DNA of 64,000 nucleotides. Source: an uncultured delta proteobacterium. Lineage in GTDB: Bacteria > Myxococcota_A > Polyangia > Polyangiales > Polyangiaceae. Below the pieces are notes generated by a model. The model saw only the letters and a program-made list of their open reading frames with translations, did no database searches and was not told the origin of the DNA. Numbering within the stretch: position 1 is the first letter of the stretch; each line of letters begins with the position of its first letter. The stretch covers positions 2,720,001 to 2,784,000 of the forward strand of contig CAWAIF010000003.1 in NCBI GenBank assembly GCA_963782055.1, read 5' to 3'. The position numbers were made by a program, and so were the translations under genes. Below, piece after piece: positions 52,469-63,007 of the stretch.

Positions 52469-52876
52469 TCAGGGTTGGCGCACGACAGGCGTGCACGTCG
52501 TGCAGTCGTTACCCTCGCAGAACACCAGGTTGTCGCCCTGCTTCGACCACGTGCCCGTCTTCTGGTTCCCCAGGTCGGAGAAGGTGTTGCCGCACGGGTC
52601 GAAGGAGACGACCAGCGGGGCGACGCACATGCCGTCCTGCAGCGTGAGCTGGAAGGTGGCGTTGCCGCACGCATACTCGCCCGCGGGGCAGGTGCACACA
52701 CCACCGCCGCCGCTCCCACCGCCCCCGCCAGGGTTGTCCCAGGAGCTGGGCGGCCTGTCGGTGCTGCCGTGGACGGGGTCGCTGGCGCCGCCGTCGAGCA
52801 GGTCGCGCGGCGTCCCCGTACCGCCGCACGCGAGGGCGGCGGCGGCGACGACGGCGATGCAGAGAGGTGCGCGCAT
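52469..52876 (-). CDS. Small Cys-rich lipoprotein
   Basis: ALAC lipobox. Confidence 0.75.
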   Translation of the reverse strand: MRAPLCIAVVAAAALACGGTGTPRDLLDGGASDPVHGSTDRPPSSWDNPGGGGGSGGGGVCTCPAGEYACGNATFQLTLQDGMCVAPLVVSFDPCGNTFSDLGNQKTGTWSKQGDNLVFCEGNDCTTCTPVVRQP

Positions 52877-53721
52877 CAGAAGTAATATAGCGCGGAGACC
52901 GAGTTGGTGAAGATCGCCCACGGGTCGTTCTGGAACGTCGTGCCCACGCCGATGGTCGACAGGTTCGCGCCGTTGTTGTTCTGCGACGCCCACACCGTGT
53001 CGTAGCGGAAGCTCAGGCCGACGCTCCCCTGCAACGAGAGCTGCGGGATGCCGATGAACCCGAACTGCAGCTCCGCGCCGATGCGCGCGCCGATGTCGAG
53101 GCGGATGCCGTTCAACCCGATGTCCGGCGCCCCGCTGATGCTCGTCCCCGCGTAACCGAAGTTGACCTCCGGCACGAGCTCGAACGCGAAGTGCTGCGAG
53201 TACGCGAGGGCGAGCGGGACGCCGCCGTGGACGGCGAAGCCCACCACCGCGGGGGTGTTGTTGTCGGTGGTGACGCCCGCGTTGGTGACCGAGCCGGTGG
53301 CGCTGGAGACGCCGATGCCCAGGCCCACGTCCACGCCCATGCGGTTGTTCAGCCAGTAGCGCACCCCGATGACCGGCGCACTGACGGTGCCCTCCGTCAC
53401 GCCGGTGCCTGCGATCTGCGCGATGGGCACCTGCGAGACGCCGAGGTAGCCCGCGGCGAGGTGTCCGACGACCTGCTCGTGGTCGGTCTTCCCGGACGCC
53501 GCGTCGGGTGTGGCGGCGGCGGGGGGCGGGGTGGCGGCCGCGACCGTGGCGGTGGCGGTGGTCGCCGGCGGCGGAGGCGGCGGGGGCGGCGTGGTGGCGG
53601 TCGCGGTCGCGGTCGCGTCGCCACCGGCCGTGGCGCTCGTGTCGACGCCGGCGCCCTGCGCGAGCGCGAGGGCCGGGATGAAGAGCGCGGGAACCGTCAG
53701 TACGAACGTGGATGCTTTCAT
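52876..53721 (-). CDS. Outer-membrane beta-barrel protein
   Basis: Signal peptide, Pro/Ala/Thr linker, alternating beta strands, terminal YYF. Confidence 0.8.
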   Translation of the reverse strand: MKASTFVLTVPALFIPALALAQGAGVDTSATAGGDATATATATTPPPPPPPPATTATATVAAATPPPAAATPDAASGKTDHEQVVGHLAAGYLGVSQVPIAQIAGTGVTEGTVSAPVIGVRYWLNNRMGVDVGLGIGVSSATGSVTNAGVTTDNNTPAVVGFAVHGGVPLALAYSQHFAFELVPEVNFGYAGTSISGAPDIGLNGIRLDIGARIGAELQFGFIGIPQLSLQGSVGLSFRYDTVWASQNNNGANLSTIGVGTTFQNDPWAIFTNSVSALYYF

Positions 53722-53762
53722 GAATCACCTCCCTGGAAATCGGATGGAATCGTCACGTCTCG

Positions 53763-56096
53763 TCAGCGCACCAGCTCCAGGCGGGAGACCGCGCCGAAGC
53801 AGGCCATGTGGCCGCTCTCCTCCGCGACGTACACGTTGCAGCGCTCGTCGACGCGGAGCATGTCGGGGATCGCCTCGCAGGGGCCCACCGTCGCGAGCTT
53901 CTGGCCGTCGCGCGGGCGGAACACGTGCACGTCGGTGCTGGGCACGTACACCGCGCCGGAGCGCAGCACCGGCTCCAGGCGTCGCGGCACGTCCGCCTCC
54001 AGCACGCGCCCCAGCACGTGCCGGTAGCAGAGCGCGCCGGTCTCCCCGTCCAGGGCGACCAGCTCGCCCGTCGGCGTGTTGCCCACGATGCGGTCGTCGA
54101 TGGCCAGCCACGACGTGCCCATCGGCGCGACGGTGTGCGGCGAGGCCCAGCGCAGCGCGCCGGTGTCCCGCTCGAAGGCGCAGAGCCGCACGCCCTGGCG
54201 GTCGCGCACCACGATCACCACCGCGCGCCCCAGCACCAGCGGCGCGCCCTCCACCGTGCACGCCGCGCCCTTGTCGGCGCGAAGGTCGCCGCGCGAGTCC
54301 GGCCCGGGCACGTCGGTCGCGAAGCGCACGGCCCCGGAGTAGGGGTCGACGCCGTAGAGCTGCGTCGCGCCGCCCAGGCCACCCGCCACCGTGAAGAGCG
54401 CGTCGTGATCGACGGCGACGGCGCCGGAGAAGCGGAGCCGATCGCGCACGCGCCACACCACCGCGCCGGTGAGCACGTCGATGGCGCCGAAGGCGCTGTC
54501 GCCGCTGGTGAAGTAGAGAAGCTTGCCGTGACGCTTGAGGCGCAGCATCCCGCCCTTGCCCCACGCCGTGCGCCAGCGCGCGTCGCCGGTGGCGAGGTCC
54601 ACGGCGGAGAGGTGCCGCTCGCCCTCCGCCAGGATGACCATGCGCGGCAGCCCCGGCGCGCTCACCACCGCGCCCGCCGGCGGTCCGCCCGTCCGGGGTC
54701 GCACCCGCCCGCGCACCACGATCTCCCCCGTGGCGTAGTCGTGCAGGGCGAGCTCCCCGTCGGCGTGGAGCCGCGCGATCCCGGCCGGCGTCGCCACGCT
54801 GGAGGCACGGCGCGTCGGTACGCGCCACATGACGTCGCCGGTGGCCCGGTCCAGGCAGAACGTCTCGTGCGATCCACCGACGATCATCCGGTCGCCGCAG
54901 AGGAAGGTGGAGCGCAGGTCGATGCCCGGGACCAGCGCGCGCCACCGCATCGCGTAGCGCAGGCGCGCGCTCCCGCTCGACGGCGCCGCCTGCACGCGGG
55001 GCGGCCGCGCGGTGTGGACGAAGGCGCGGTACGGCTCCGGCTGCGGGTTCTGCTTGGAGTCGGCGCGGCACGCGTCGCGCACCTGGTCGCTCGTCTCGCG
55101 CAGCTCGCGGCGGAAGGCGGAGAGCCGGAGGTTGTGGGCCTGCGAGCGATCCCGCCGCAGCACCGCCCGCACCAGCGAGCGCCCGAAGCCGATCGCCGCG
55201 ATGGTGGCGTCGACCACCCGGAGGGCGGGGAAGGTGCACGGCTCGCGCTCCGGACCGCGCGGCCAGAGCGAGAGCGCCACCTCGCCGGCGACGTTCAGCC
55301 GCACTCCCACGCCCGCGCCGCCGGCGTCCTTGCGCACGTGGAGCGTGCGGCCGTGCTCCCACGCGCCGAGCGCCTGACGCATCACCGCGAGCAGCGACTC
55401 GGCGAACAGGAAGGGGTGCCCGCTCCCCAGCTCCACCACCCGCCCCCGCACCAGCGCGCGCATCCGGCCGCGGAAGAGGAGCCCGTGCAGGTCGGCGCGC
55501 TCGATCGGCTCGCCCTGGACGTCCGGCGCGGCGCGCACCGCGAAGTCGGCGGCGAAGGAGAGCGGCGCGTCGGCGTCGAGCTCCAGGGAGACCGGGCAGA
55601 GCTCGGAGTCGGGCGCGACCTCGTCGTCCTCCACGTCGATCGCCGCGAGCGCCCCGGACGAGGCCTCCAGCGCGGCGCGGTCGTGGAGGGCGAGCGGCCG
55701 CTCCAGCGCCCCGGCCACCGCCTCCTGCGCGGCGCCCACCACGTCGGGGAAAGGCACGCGCGCGTCGTAGACCGCGATCTCCGGCAGCGCCCCGGTGCGA
55801 TACACGCTGAGCGAGGCCTGCCCCCCCAGCCGCTCGATGCAGAGCTCCCAGGGCTCGTCGTAGAACCGGACGATGGCCTTGCCGCGCGACGCGCCGGCCA
55901 GCTCGACGACGGCCGACGCCAGATCGCGCAGTACGGTGGCGCCGTGTCCTTCGCCCACGCGGGCGGTGACGTTGGCGCCGTGCACGAACACGTCGATGGC
56001 CGCCGAAGCGTCGCCGGAGGCGGATCGCAGGCCGTTGGGGTGGGAAAGACCGCGGCGCGGGGCCGGCGGGGCGAGGAAGATCTCGATCGCTCTCAT
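53763..56096 (-). CDS. PQQ-like beta-propeller repeat protein
   Basis: Repeated xxDxxTGxxxW motifs; start may lie ~50-70 bp upstream. Confidence 0.8.
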   Translation of the reverse strand: MRAIEIFLAPPAPRRGLSHPNGLRSASGDASAAIDVFVHGANVTARVGEGHGATVLRDLASAVVELAGASRGKAIVRFYDEPWELCIERLGGQASLSVYRTGALPEIAVYDARVPFPDVVGAAQEAVAGALERPLALHDRAALEASSGALAAIDVEDDEVAPDSELCPVSLELDADAPLSFAADFAVRAAPDVQGEPIERADLHGLLFRGRMRALVRGRVVELGSGHPFLFAESLLAVMRQALGAWEHGRTLHVRKDAGGAGVGVRLNVAGEVALSLWPRGPEREPCTFPALRVVDATIAAIGFGRSLVRAVLRRDRSQAHNLRLSAFRRELRETSDQVRDACRADSKQNPQPEPYRAFVHTARPPRVQAAPSSGSARLRYAMRWRALVPGIDLRSTFLCGDRMIVGGSHETFCLDRATGDVMWRVPTRRASSVATPAGIARLHADGELALHDYATGEIVVRGRVRPRTGGPPAGAVVSAPGLPRMVILAEGERHLSAVDLATGDARWRTAWGKGGMLRLKRHGKLLYFTSGDSAFGAIDVLTGAVVWRVRDRLRFSGAVAVDHDALFTVAGGLGGATQLYGVDPYSGAVRFATDVPGPDSRGDLRADKGAACTVEGAPLVLGRAVVIVVRDRQGVRLCAFERDTGALRWASPHTVAPMGTSWLAIDDRIVGNTPTGELVALDGETGALCYRHVLGRVLEADVPRRLEPVLRSGAVYVPSTDVHVFRPRDGQKLATVGPCEAIPDMLRVDERCNVYVAEESGHMACFGAVSRLELVR

Positions 56097-56230
56097 TTCG
56101 GGTGGGCCGTGCCCGAGGTGAATCGTAGGAAGTTCCGGCGTCACGACGTAGTTTTCGGCAACCACTGACGGGGATTGGACTTCACACGACGAGGCTGATA
56201 GCGGGCGCGGCAGGGGGGTATGCTGGCCGG

Positions 56231-57733
56231 ATGCGAGGCGCGATGGCGGGGCTCTCGGTGCTGATCGCGTCCTGCGGCGGTGCCCCGCGGCAGCCGCCGC
56301 GCTCCGCACCGAGGCACGCCAGCGTCGTCATCCCCGCGGCGGCCTCCGGGCTGCGCTGCGCGCCGTCGCCCCCGCCGGGCTCGTGGCGGACAGGGCCTCG
56401 CGCCGTGTCGCCGGACGGCAAGACGCTCGCCAGCGCGAGCGAGCACGACCTCGTGCTCTTCGACACCGGGACGTGGAAGCCTCGCGCGACGATTCACCGG
56501 AGCGGGACGCCCACGCTGGCGCTGGCGTTCTCCCCGGACGGGCGCTGGCTCGCCGTGGACGCCGGCGCGAAGGGCGCCGCGGTAGGCACGCTCGACCTGT
56601 ACGAGAGCGCGAGCGGGAAGCGCGTCGAGACCCTCCACACCGCGAACGCGCCAGAGGATCAGGACCCTGTGATGGCCTTCGCCCCGGACAGCAGCTGGAT
56701 CGCCTGGCCCCGACGCATCGCGGACGACGCGCCGCCCGAGGTCGGGATCCAGCGCATCGGCGTCCCGCACGGCGTGACCGTGGTCCGGGGCCCGTCGACC
56801 GCCGCCGCCGGCGACGACGAGGTGCCGCCGACGATTCGTCGGATGGAGGCGAGCGGGGACGGCAAGGTGCTCGCCGTCGCGTGGGACACGGGTGAGGTCG
56901 CGCTCGTCGCCGTTCCCTCCGGGCGCCGGATCGCCACGGTGAAGCCGGACAGCCAGGTCGGCTTCGCCTTCTCCTCCTCCAGCCGCTACTTCGCCGCCGG
57001 CACCACCGTCATCGACCTGCGTACCGAGCGGAAGCGCACGCTCCACGACGCGGCCTGCTCCGGCGGGCTCGGCGCGCCCCTCTTCAGCCACGACGGGGCG
57101 CGCGTCGCCATCGGCGGGAGCGTCTTCGTCACGTGCACCTTCTTCAGCGGGACCGGCCGGCTCGACCGGCGCTTTCCGGGGACTCCACCCCCGCTCCCCG
57201 CCCACATGGAGGACGAAGGGATCGTCATGCCGGTGGTCTGGACGCCGCACGATCACGGGCTCCTGGTGGCCGCCATGCTGGGCAGCATCCCCACCCTCTG
57301 GAACGTGCAGACGCAGACGAAGGTCCCTCTGGGCGACGACGTCGCCTCGGTCCGTGACAGCCTGATCCGGCCCGACGGATCGGTCGTGCTCCTCTACGAC
57401 AGCGGCTTTCCCTACGCGAATCTCGTCGACGACAGCCGGCTCGTCATGGTGACCCAGCCCCCCCACGACGAGGACGACGCCCCACAGGGGGAAGCCGGCC
57501 GCAGCGCCGACGGCGAGATGCTCGCCCTGAGCTACGAGGACGGCCCGCACCTGGTGTCCACACGCGACGGTCGCGTTCGCTCCCGGATCGCCGCGCCCGA
57601 CGTGCGCGTCGTGGGATTCGATCGGCACGCGCACTTCGTCTTCACCATGCAGGACGAGCTGCGCGTCTGGGACGTCGCCACCGGCGCGCTGCGGCTGAAG
57701 CCCCCGAGCTGCACCGGCTGCGGATGCCGCTGA
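56231..57733 (+). CDS. WD40-repeat lipoprotein
   Basis: IASC lipobox; SPDGKTLAS, AFSPDGRWLA, VWDVATG. Confidence 0.8.
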   Translation: MRGAMAGLSVLIASCGGAPRQPPRSAPRHASVVIPAAASGLRCAPSPPPGSWRTGPRAVSPDGKTLASASEHDLVLFDTGTWKPRATIHRSGTPTLALAFSPDGRWLAVDAGAKGAAVGTLDLYESASGKRVETLHTANAPEDQDPVMAFAPDSSWIAWPRRIADDAPPEVGIQRIGVPHGVTVVRGPSTAAAGDDEVPPTIRRMEASGDGKVLAVAWDTGEVALVAVPSGRRIATVKPDSQVGFAFSSSSRYFAAGTTVIDLRTERKRTLHDAACSGGLGAPLFSHDGARVAIGGSVFVTCTFFSGTGRLDRRFPGTPPPLPAHMEDEGIVMPVVWTPHDHGLLVAAMLGSIPTLWNVQTQTKVPLGDDVASVRDSLIRPDGSVVLLYDSGFPYANLVDDSRLVMVTQPPHDEDDAPQGEAGRSADGEMLALSYEDGPHLVSTRDGRVRSRIAAPDVRVVGFDRHAHFVFTMQDELRVWDVATGALRLKPPSCTGCGCR

Positions 57734-57784
57734 CGACCTCTCGCGCGAGGCGCTTCACGCGGCCGGACGTGATACGAGGGCCGC

Positions 57785-58336
57785 ATGACCTTCACCGCGT
57801 ACCTCCGGGCCATCCAGCGTCTCTATGCCGGCGCCGATAGGCGCCTGGTGCTCTCGCGTCCCGCCTCGGAGACGAAGCTGAGCGCGCTGGAGAAGCAGCT
57901 CGGCGCCAAGCTCCCCGCCGCGCTGCGCAGCGCGTGGCGCGCCGCCGACGGCGGGCCGGACTACACGCCAGTCTTCGCGCGGCCGGGCTTCCTCACCGGC
58001 TACGACTTCCTCCCGGTCGCCGGCGCGCGTGACGCGCACGCGGGGTTCCGCCGGCGCGCCCCCCAGTACGAGGGGTACGAGCCGCCGAAGAAGCGTGACA
58101 GGCGCATCCGCCCCGGATGGTTCGAGCCCGGTTGGGTCCCCTTCGGTGCCTTCGGCGGGGCGACGCTGGTGCTCATGGTCGACCTGAGCCCGAGCGCGAA
58201 GGGCGTGAAGGGGCAGGTCATCGCCTTCACGCACGATCCCGACGAGATCACCTGGGTGGCCCCGTCCTTCGCCGATTTCCTCGCGCGATCGGCGAAGGCG
58301 TTCGCCAAGGACTCCGACGAGCTCCTCGAGGAGTGA
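57785..58336 (+). CDS. SMI1/KNR4-family protein
   Basis: PAS...LEKQLGAKLP...DG; WVPF; DLSP...GQVI...HD...VAPSFADFL. Confidence 0.9.
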   Translation: MTFTAYLRAIQRLYAGADRRLVLSRPASETKLSALEKQLGAKLPAALRSAWRAADGGPDYTPVFARPGFLTGYDFLPVAGARDAHAGFRRRAPQYEGYEPPKKRDRRIRPGWFEPGWVPFGAFGGATLVLMVDLSPSAKGVKGQVIAFTHDPDEITWVAPSFADFLARSAKAFAKDSDELLEE

Positions 58337-58339
58337 CGC

Positions 58340-58603
58340 TCAGCGGGTCTGCACGTTGCAGCTGCACCGGCCGAAGGACCACCGGTAGAGGTCCGGCCGG
58401 CAGCACAGGTCGCAGCTCCTGGACCCCAGCTCGTGCCGGCATCGCGCGGTCGACGCCGGCGCGGGCCGGAGCCCCGCGTTGTAGTACTCGGCGAAGACGA
58501 AGGTCGCGAGCACCAGGACGAGCAGACCCAGCCCCAGGTAGACCGAGCGCATGGCGCGCCGGGTGATCTCGTTCTGGGGCTCGGGCTGGAACGGCGGCTC
58601 CAC
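58340..58603 (-). CDS. Small membrane protein
   Basis: One TM helix plus a Cys cluster. Confidence 0.5.
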   Translation of the reverse strand: MEPPFQPEPQNEITRRAMRSVYLGLGLLVLVLATFVFAEYYNAGLRPAPASTARCRHELGSRSCDLCCRPDLYRWSFGRCSCNVQTR

Positions 58604-58652
58604 CTGCCGATGACACCACGCGCGTGCACGCGGAGCAACCGCAGCTCGGCTC

Positions 58653-59492
58653 TCAGAGCGGGTTCATCGTCGCGCACGTCCCGAGCGGGCCCGCGCCGTT
58701 CTGCACCGGCGTCGACCAGCCGCTGGCGGTGCACTGGTACCAGACGCTGTCGTACTTCGACTGCACGCACGTGCGGGGAGGCACCGCGCGACCCAGCGTG
58801 CCGGAGTCGCACCACGGGTAGGAGGTGGTGCAGGCGGTCTTGCCCGACACCCAGTTGCCGTCGACGCAGTGGTACCACGCGGCGTCGCCTGCCGACTGCA
58901 GGCAGGTGCCGTCGGGGACGTCGCCGTCCAGCGTGCTGGACGCGCAGTCCGCCGGCGCTCCCCCGCCGCCGCCCCCGCCGCCGCCCCCGCCGCCCGCGCA
59001 CGGGCCGAGGGGCGTGGAGCTGCTCACCTTGGTGACCTTGACCGGGAAGCGATCGCTCCACCCCGCGCTCTTGGTGCCGAAGAGGTGCTCGGAGACGAGC
59101 GGCGAGGCGTCGATGATGGCGCGGCCGGCCGCGTTCTCCACGCACACGTCCGGGCCGTAGTCGTCCGTCTCGGCGACGACGCACTTGCCGTTGGCCTCGA
59201 TCTGGATGTGCGCCCCGCACCCGAAGCGCTGACGGCTCGCCGCGTAGTACCAGCTCCCGTGCTTGGTGTACTCGCCGCAGGACATGATGCCGTCGTCGCC
59301 GGGGCTGAAGCCGAAGGACGTCAGGTAGTACTGCCCGCTGGACGCCTGCGCGCTCGACGCCTTGCCGTGGCACCCGGAGAGCCCTTCGGTGGCGCTCGAC
59401 GAGGAGCTGAGCCCGGAGTCCTCCGGCGCGCTGCCGCATGCCACGACGAGGACGGAGGAGATGGCGATGGCGCCGAGGACGAGACGGTTCAT
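58653..59492 (-). CDS. Lipoprotein with RlpA/expansin-like double-psi beta-barrel and Cys-rich C-terminus
   Basis: VVAC lipobox; YAA...FGCG...VVAETDDYGP...IIDAS. Confidence 0.7.
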   Translation of the reverse strand: MNRLVLGAIAISSVLVVACGSAPEDSGLSSSSSATEGLSGCHGKASSAQASSGQYYLTSFGFSPGDDGIMSCGEYTKHGSWYYAASRQRFGCGAHIQIEANGKCVVAETDDYGPDVCVENAAGRAIIDASPLVSEHLFGTKSAGWSDRFPVKVTKVSSSTPLGPCAGGGGGGGGGGGGAPADCASSTLDGDVPDGTCLQSAGDAAWYHCVDGNWVSGKTACTTSYPWCDSGTLGRAVPPRTCVQSKYDSVWYQCTASGWSTPVQNGAGPLGTCATMNPL

Positions 59493-59744
59493 GGACGCTC
59501 TCCGGGAAAGAGTTCGCGATGGGTCGCGAGCCCGAGCTGGATCTGGATCGGAGAAGGATCAGCAACTCCGACCTGGGTGGATGTGGGATAGCCCCAGCAC
59601 CCGCGGAAAGTTGCCGTGCGAACGTGCGCGAACCCGCGCGAGCATCCCCCCAAGCAGCCGGCGTGCCACTCCCCGCCGCGGCCGCGCGCCACGGTACTTC
59701 TGCCGCGGGGCGCCCGCGCCGGCGCCGTGGTATGCACCACGCCC

Positions 59745-60939
59745 ATGCCCGCCGAAGACTCCTTCGCCGCCCTGTTCGAGGCCCAGTCCACCGGTCCGGA
59801 TCGCCGCCCGCGCCAGCTCCGCGTCGGCGAGACGCTGGAGGCCGTCGTCATCCAGGTGGGCCAGGACACTATCTTCCTGGAGATCGACGGCAAGCGTCAG
59901 GCGATGCTCGACACCGCCGAGGTGCGCGAGGAGGACGGCGCCGTCGAGGTGAAGGTGGGCGACACCCTGCGCGCCAAGGTGGTGGAGGTGGACCCGACGA
60001 GCGGCAGTGTCCGCCTCGCGCGCTCCTTCGGCAAGTCGGGCGATCCGACGCAGAATCCTCCAGGCCTACGAGGCGGGCCTCCCGGTGGAGGGCAAGGTCA
60101 CCGGCGTCAACAAGGGCGGCATCGAGGTGGACCTCGGTCGCGGCGCGCGCGGCTTCTGTCCCATGTCGCAGATCAGCGCGCAGCGCGGCTCGGTGGACGC
60201 CAAGGAGCTCGTCGGCGAGTCGCTCTCCTTCCTGGTCACCGAGCTGAAGGATGGCGGACGCAGCATCGTCCTCTCGCGCCGCCGCCTGCAGGAGGCCGAG
60301 GCGCGCGAGGGTCGCGAGGAGACGCTGCGCACGCTGGAGAAGGGCAAGCTGGTGCGCGGCACGGTCACGGCGGTGCGCGACTTCGGCGCCTTCGTCGACC
60401 TGGGGGGCATCGAGGGCCTCATCCCCGCGTCGGAGATCTCCCACGAGCGCGGCGTCCCCGTCTCCGACCGCATCCGCGCGGGGGAGGTGGTGGAGGCGCA
60501 GGTGCTGGACATCCGGGACGACGAGAAGGGCCAGAAGCGCATCAGCCTCTCGCTCAAGGCGCTGCTCCCCGCGCCGGAGCGCGCCCCCCAGAAGGTCGGC
60601 ACGCGGCCGACCATCGGCGCCATCGTGAAGGGCAAGGTGGTGCGCATCGAGCACTACGGCGTCTTCGTGCAGGTGGACGGCACCGAGGGCCGGGAGGGGC
60701 GTGGACTCGTCCCCGCCGCCGAGCTCGGCGTCCCGCGCGGGACGGACCTGCGCAAGAGCTTCCCCGAGGGCACCGAGCTCACCGCGAAGGTGCTGGAGAC
60801 CGGTGACGGCCGGCTCAAGCTCTCGGTGAAGGGCGCGAAGGACGCCGCGGAGCGGGCGGAGTACGAGACGCACCGGGAGAAGGCGTCGGCGCCCTCCGGC
60901 TTCGGCACCTTCGGAGATCTGCTCAAGAAGAAGAAGTGA
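59745..60939 (+). CDS. S1 RNA-binding domain protein (RpsA-like), frameshifted ~60035-60050
   Basis: Four S1 repeats (e.g. GTVTAVRDFGAFVDLGGIEGLIPASEI); C-terminal FGTFGDLL. Confidence 0.85.
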
Positions 60940-62393
60940 CGCCCTGGTCGCGCGCGTGGTCGTGGCTCGCGCTGGGCGTGGCGCTCGTGGCGTGCCTCTC
61001 CATGTGGGGCTTCACCGTGGACGACGCGCTCATCCCGGTGCGCTACGCCCGCCACCTCGCCGAGGGCGTGGGCTATCGCTTCAACGCCGGCGGGCCGGTG
61101 ACCGACGGCGTGACGCCGCTGCCGTGGGCGTTCGTGCTCGCGCCGCTCGCGCACGGCGGCGCGCTTCAGGTGCTGGCGCGCGCCAAGATCCTCGGCGTCG
61201 CGGTGTGGGCGGGCGCAGCGTGGCGCCTGGGTCGCGTCGTCGGGCGGGCGCGGGCGCCGGTGGCGGTGCGCGCCGTCGGGTTGATCGTCGCGTGCTCCGC
61301 GCTGCCCGTCGCCGCGCACGCGGTGAGCGGGATGGAGACCGCGGTGGCGATGGCGCTGTGCACCCTCGCCGCGACGAGCGCGGACCGCCCGCGCCTCGCC
61401 GCGGGGCTGGCCGGCGTCGCGGCCGCCTTCCGTCCCGAGCTCGCCCCGTGGGCCGCCACGCTGGGCCTCGGCTTCGCCCTCGCGCGGCCGGCGCCGGTCG
61501 AGAGCGCGCCGTCCAGCCCCTCCGCGCGGCTGGTGTCCGCGCCGGTGCTGGTGTGCGGGGCGATCGCCCTCGCGCCGCCCTTGCTCTGCATCGCCGCCCG
61601 GCTCGTCGTCTTCGGCCACCCGGCGCCCCTGGCGGTGCAGGCCAAGCCGAGCGATCTCACCCACGGCGCGGTCTACGCGGTGGCGGCGCTCGTGGTCTGC
61701 GCCACGCCCGCCCTCGCGCTCGCGCCCTTCGCCGTGCGTCGCGCGCCGGGCTGGGTGCGCGCGCTGGCCGTGGCGCTCCTGGTGCACGCGCTGGTCGTCT
61801 TCGCCGTCGGTGGCGACTGGATGCCCTACGCGCGACTGATGGCGCCGGTCACCCCCGGCCTCGCCCTCGTCTATGTGTACTCTGCAAATACATCGCGGCT
61901 CCCCTCCCTCGGCCTGCGCGGGGCGGCGGCGCTGGCGCTCTGCGCGTGGGAGTGGACCGTCGCCGCCCCCGCGGGGCGCCACGTCATGCGCGACCGCGTC
62001 GCCCTCGTCACGCGGGCGCGACCGCTGCTCGCCTCGCGGGCGCGCGTGGCGGCGCTGGACATCGGCTGGGTGTCCGCCGCGACCGACGCCGACATCGTCG
62101 ACCTCGCCGGCCTCACCGACCCGACCATCGCCGCGCTGCCCGGGGGCCACACCTCCAAGCACGTCGACGCCAACATGCTGGTGGACCGCAAACCGGACGC
62201 GCTGCTCGTCTACGTCACCAACGCCGGCGCCCTCACGCCGGCGACGTGGCGAGACCGCGCCGCCTTCGGCCACGCCGTCACCGCGCGCCTCGCCACTTCC
62301 ACCCTCGTCGAGGAGCGCTTCCACGCCGAGGAGATCCTCCCCCTGGGCACCCAGGGCCTCGGCTACGTCCTCCTCACCGCCACGCCGCGGTGA
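60936..62393 (+). CDS. Polytopic membrane protein, GT-C glycosyltransferase-like
   Basis: VDDALIPVRYARHL...G.T, SGMET, RPE, GGDWMP, DLAGLTD. Confidence 0.7.
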   Translation: MTPWSRAWSWLALGVALVACLSMWGFTVDDALIPVRYARHLAEGVGYRFNAGGPVTDGVTPLPWAFVLAPLAHGGALQVLARAKILGVAVWAGAAWRLGRVVGRARAPVAVRAVGLIVACSALPVAAHAVSGMETAVAMALCTLAATSADRPRLAAGLAGVAAAFRPELAPWAATLGLGFALARPAPVESAPSSPSARLVSAPVLVCGAIALAPPLLCIAARLVVFGHPAPLAVQAKPSDLTHGAVYAVAALVVCATPALALAPFAVRRAPGWVRALAVALLVHALVVFAVGGDWMPYARLMAPVTPGLALVYVYSANTSRLPSLGLRGAAALALCAWEWTVAAPAGRHVMRDRVALVTRARPLLASRARVAALDIGWVSAATDADIVDLAGLTDPTIAALPGGHTSKHVDANMLVDRKPDALLVYVTNAGALTPATWRDRAAFGHAVTARLATSTLVEERFHAEEILPLGTQGLGYVLLTATPR

Positions 62394-62397
62394 GGCG

Positions 62398-63003
62398 TCA
62401 CCGCAAGACTTCGAGCACCTTCTTGCGGCCCAGCACGATCAGCGTGGCGATGGGGAGGATCATCCCGAAGCAGGAGCCCATCAGCCCGCCGATGAGCCCG
62501 CCCATCGCGGCGCCGCGGGCGACGGGGCTCGCCGCGTCCAGCTTGTCGAGCAACAGCGGGTAGGCCACGACGGCCATCACCGCCTGCCCGATGAGCATCA
62601 GCACGATGGAGGAGATGCCGTACGCGATGCCCGTCGTGCGACACCACCGCTTGCCCATGAACAGGCCGATGCCCGTCGAGAGCAGGAGGATGGCGAGCAC
62701 CACCCCGAAGACGAGCGACGCGTCGAACCACAGCGCCGCCGGGCCCTCCCACATCGCGTGGTCGAGCTCGCGCGACACCGGGTCCTTCGCCGCGTGACGC
62801 GTCACCAGCGTCATCACCGGCGAGAGCAGACCCAAAAGGCCGAAGAGGATCTGGAAGACGGCCAGCACCTTCAGGCCGGCGCCGGGGCCGGGCGGCGGCC
62901 CGTACCCCTGCTGCGGCTGGGCGTAAGCCTGCGGAGGCTGGGCATAGCCCGGCTGCGGCGGCCCGTACCCGTGCGGCGGCTGCGCTCCCCCGTTGGGCGT
63001 CAT
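62398..63003 (-). CDS. Membrane protein with Pro/Gln-rich N-terminus
   Basis: Four TM helices. Confidence 0.7.
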   Translation of the reverse strand: MTPNGGAQPPHGYGPPQPGYAQPPQAYAQPQQGYGPPPGPGAGLKVLAVFQILFGLLGLLSPVMTLVTRHAAKDPVSRELDHAMWEGPAALWFDASLVFGVVLAILLLSTGIGLFMGKRWCRTTGIAYGISSIVLMLIGQAVMAVVAYPLLLDKLDAASPVARGAAMGGLIGGLMGSCFGMILPIATLIVLGRKKVLEVLR

Positions 63004-63007
63004 GGAA

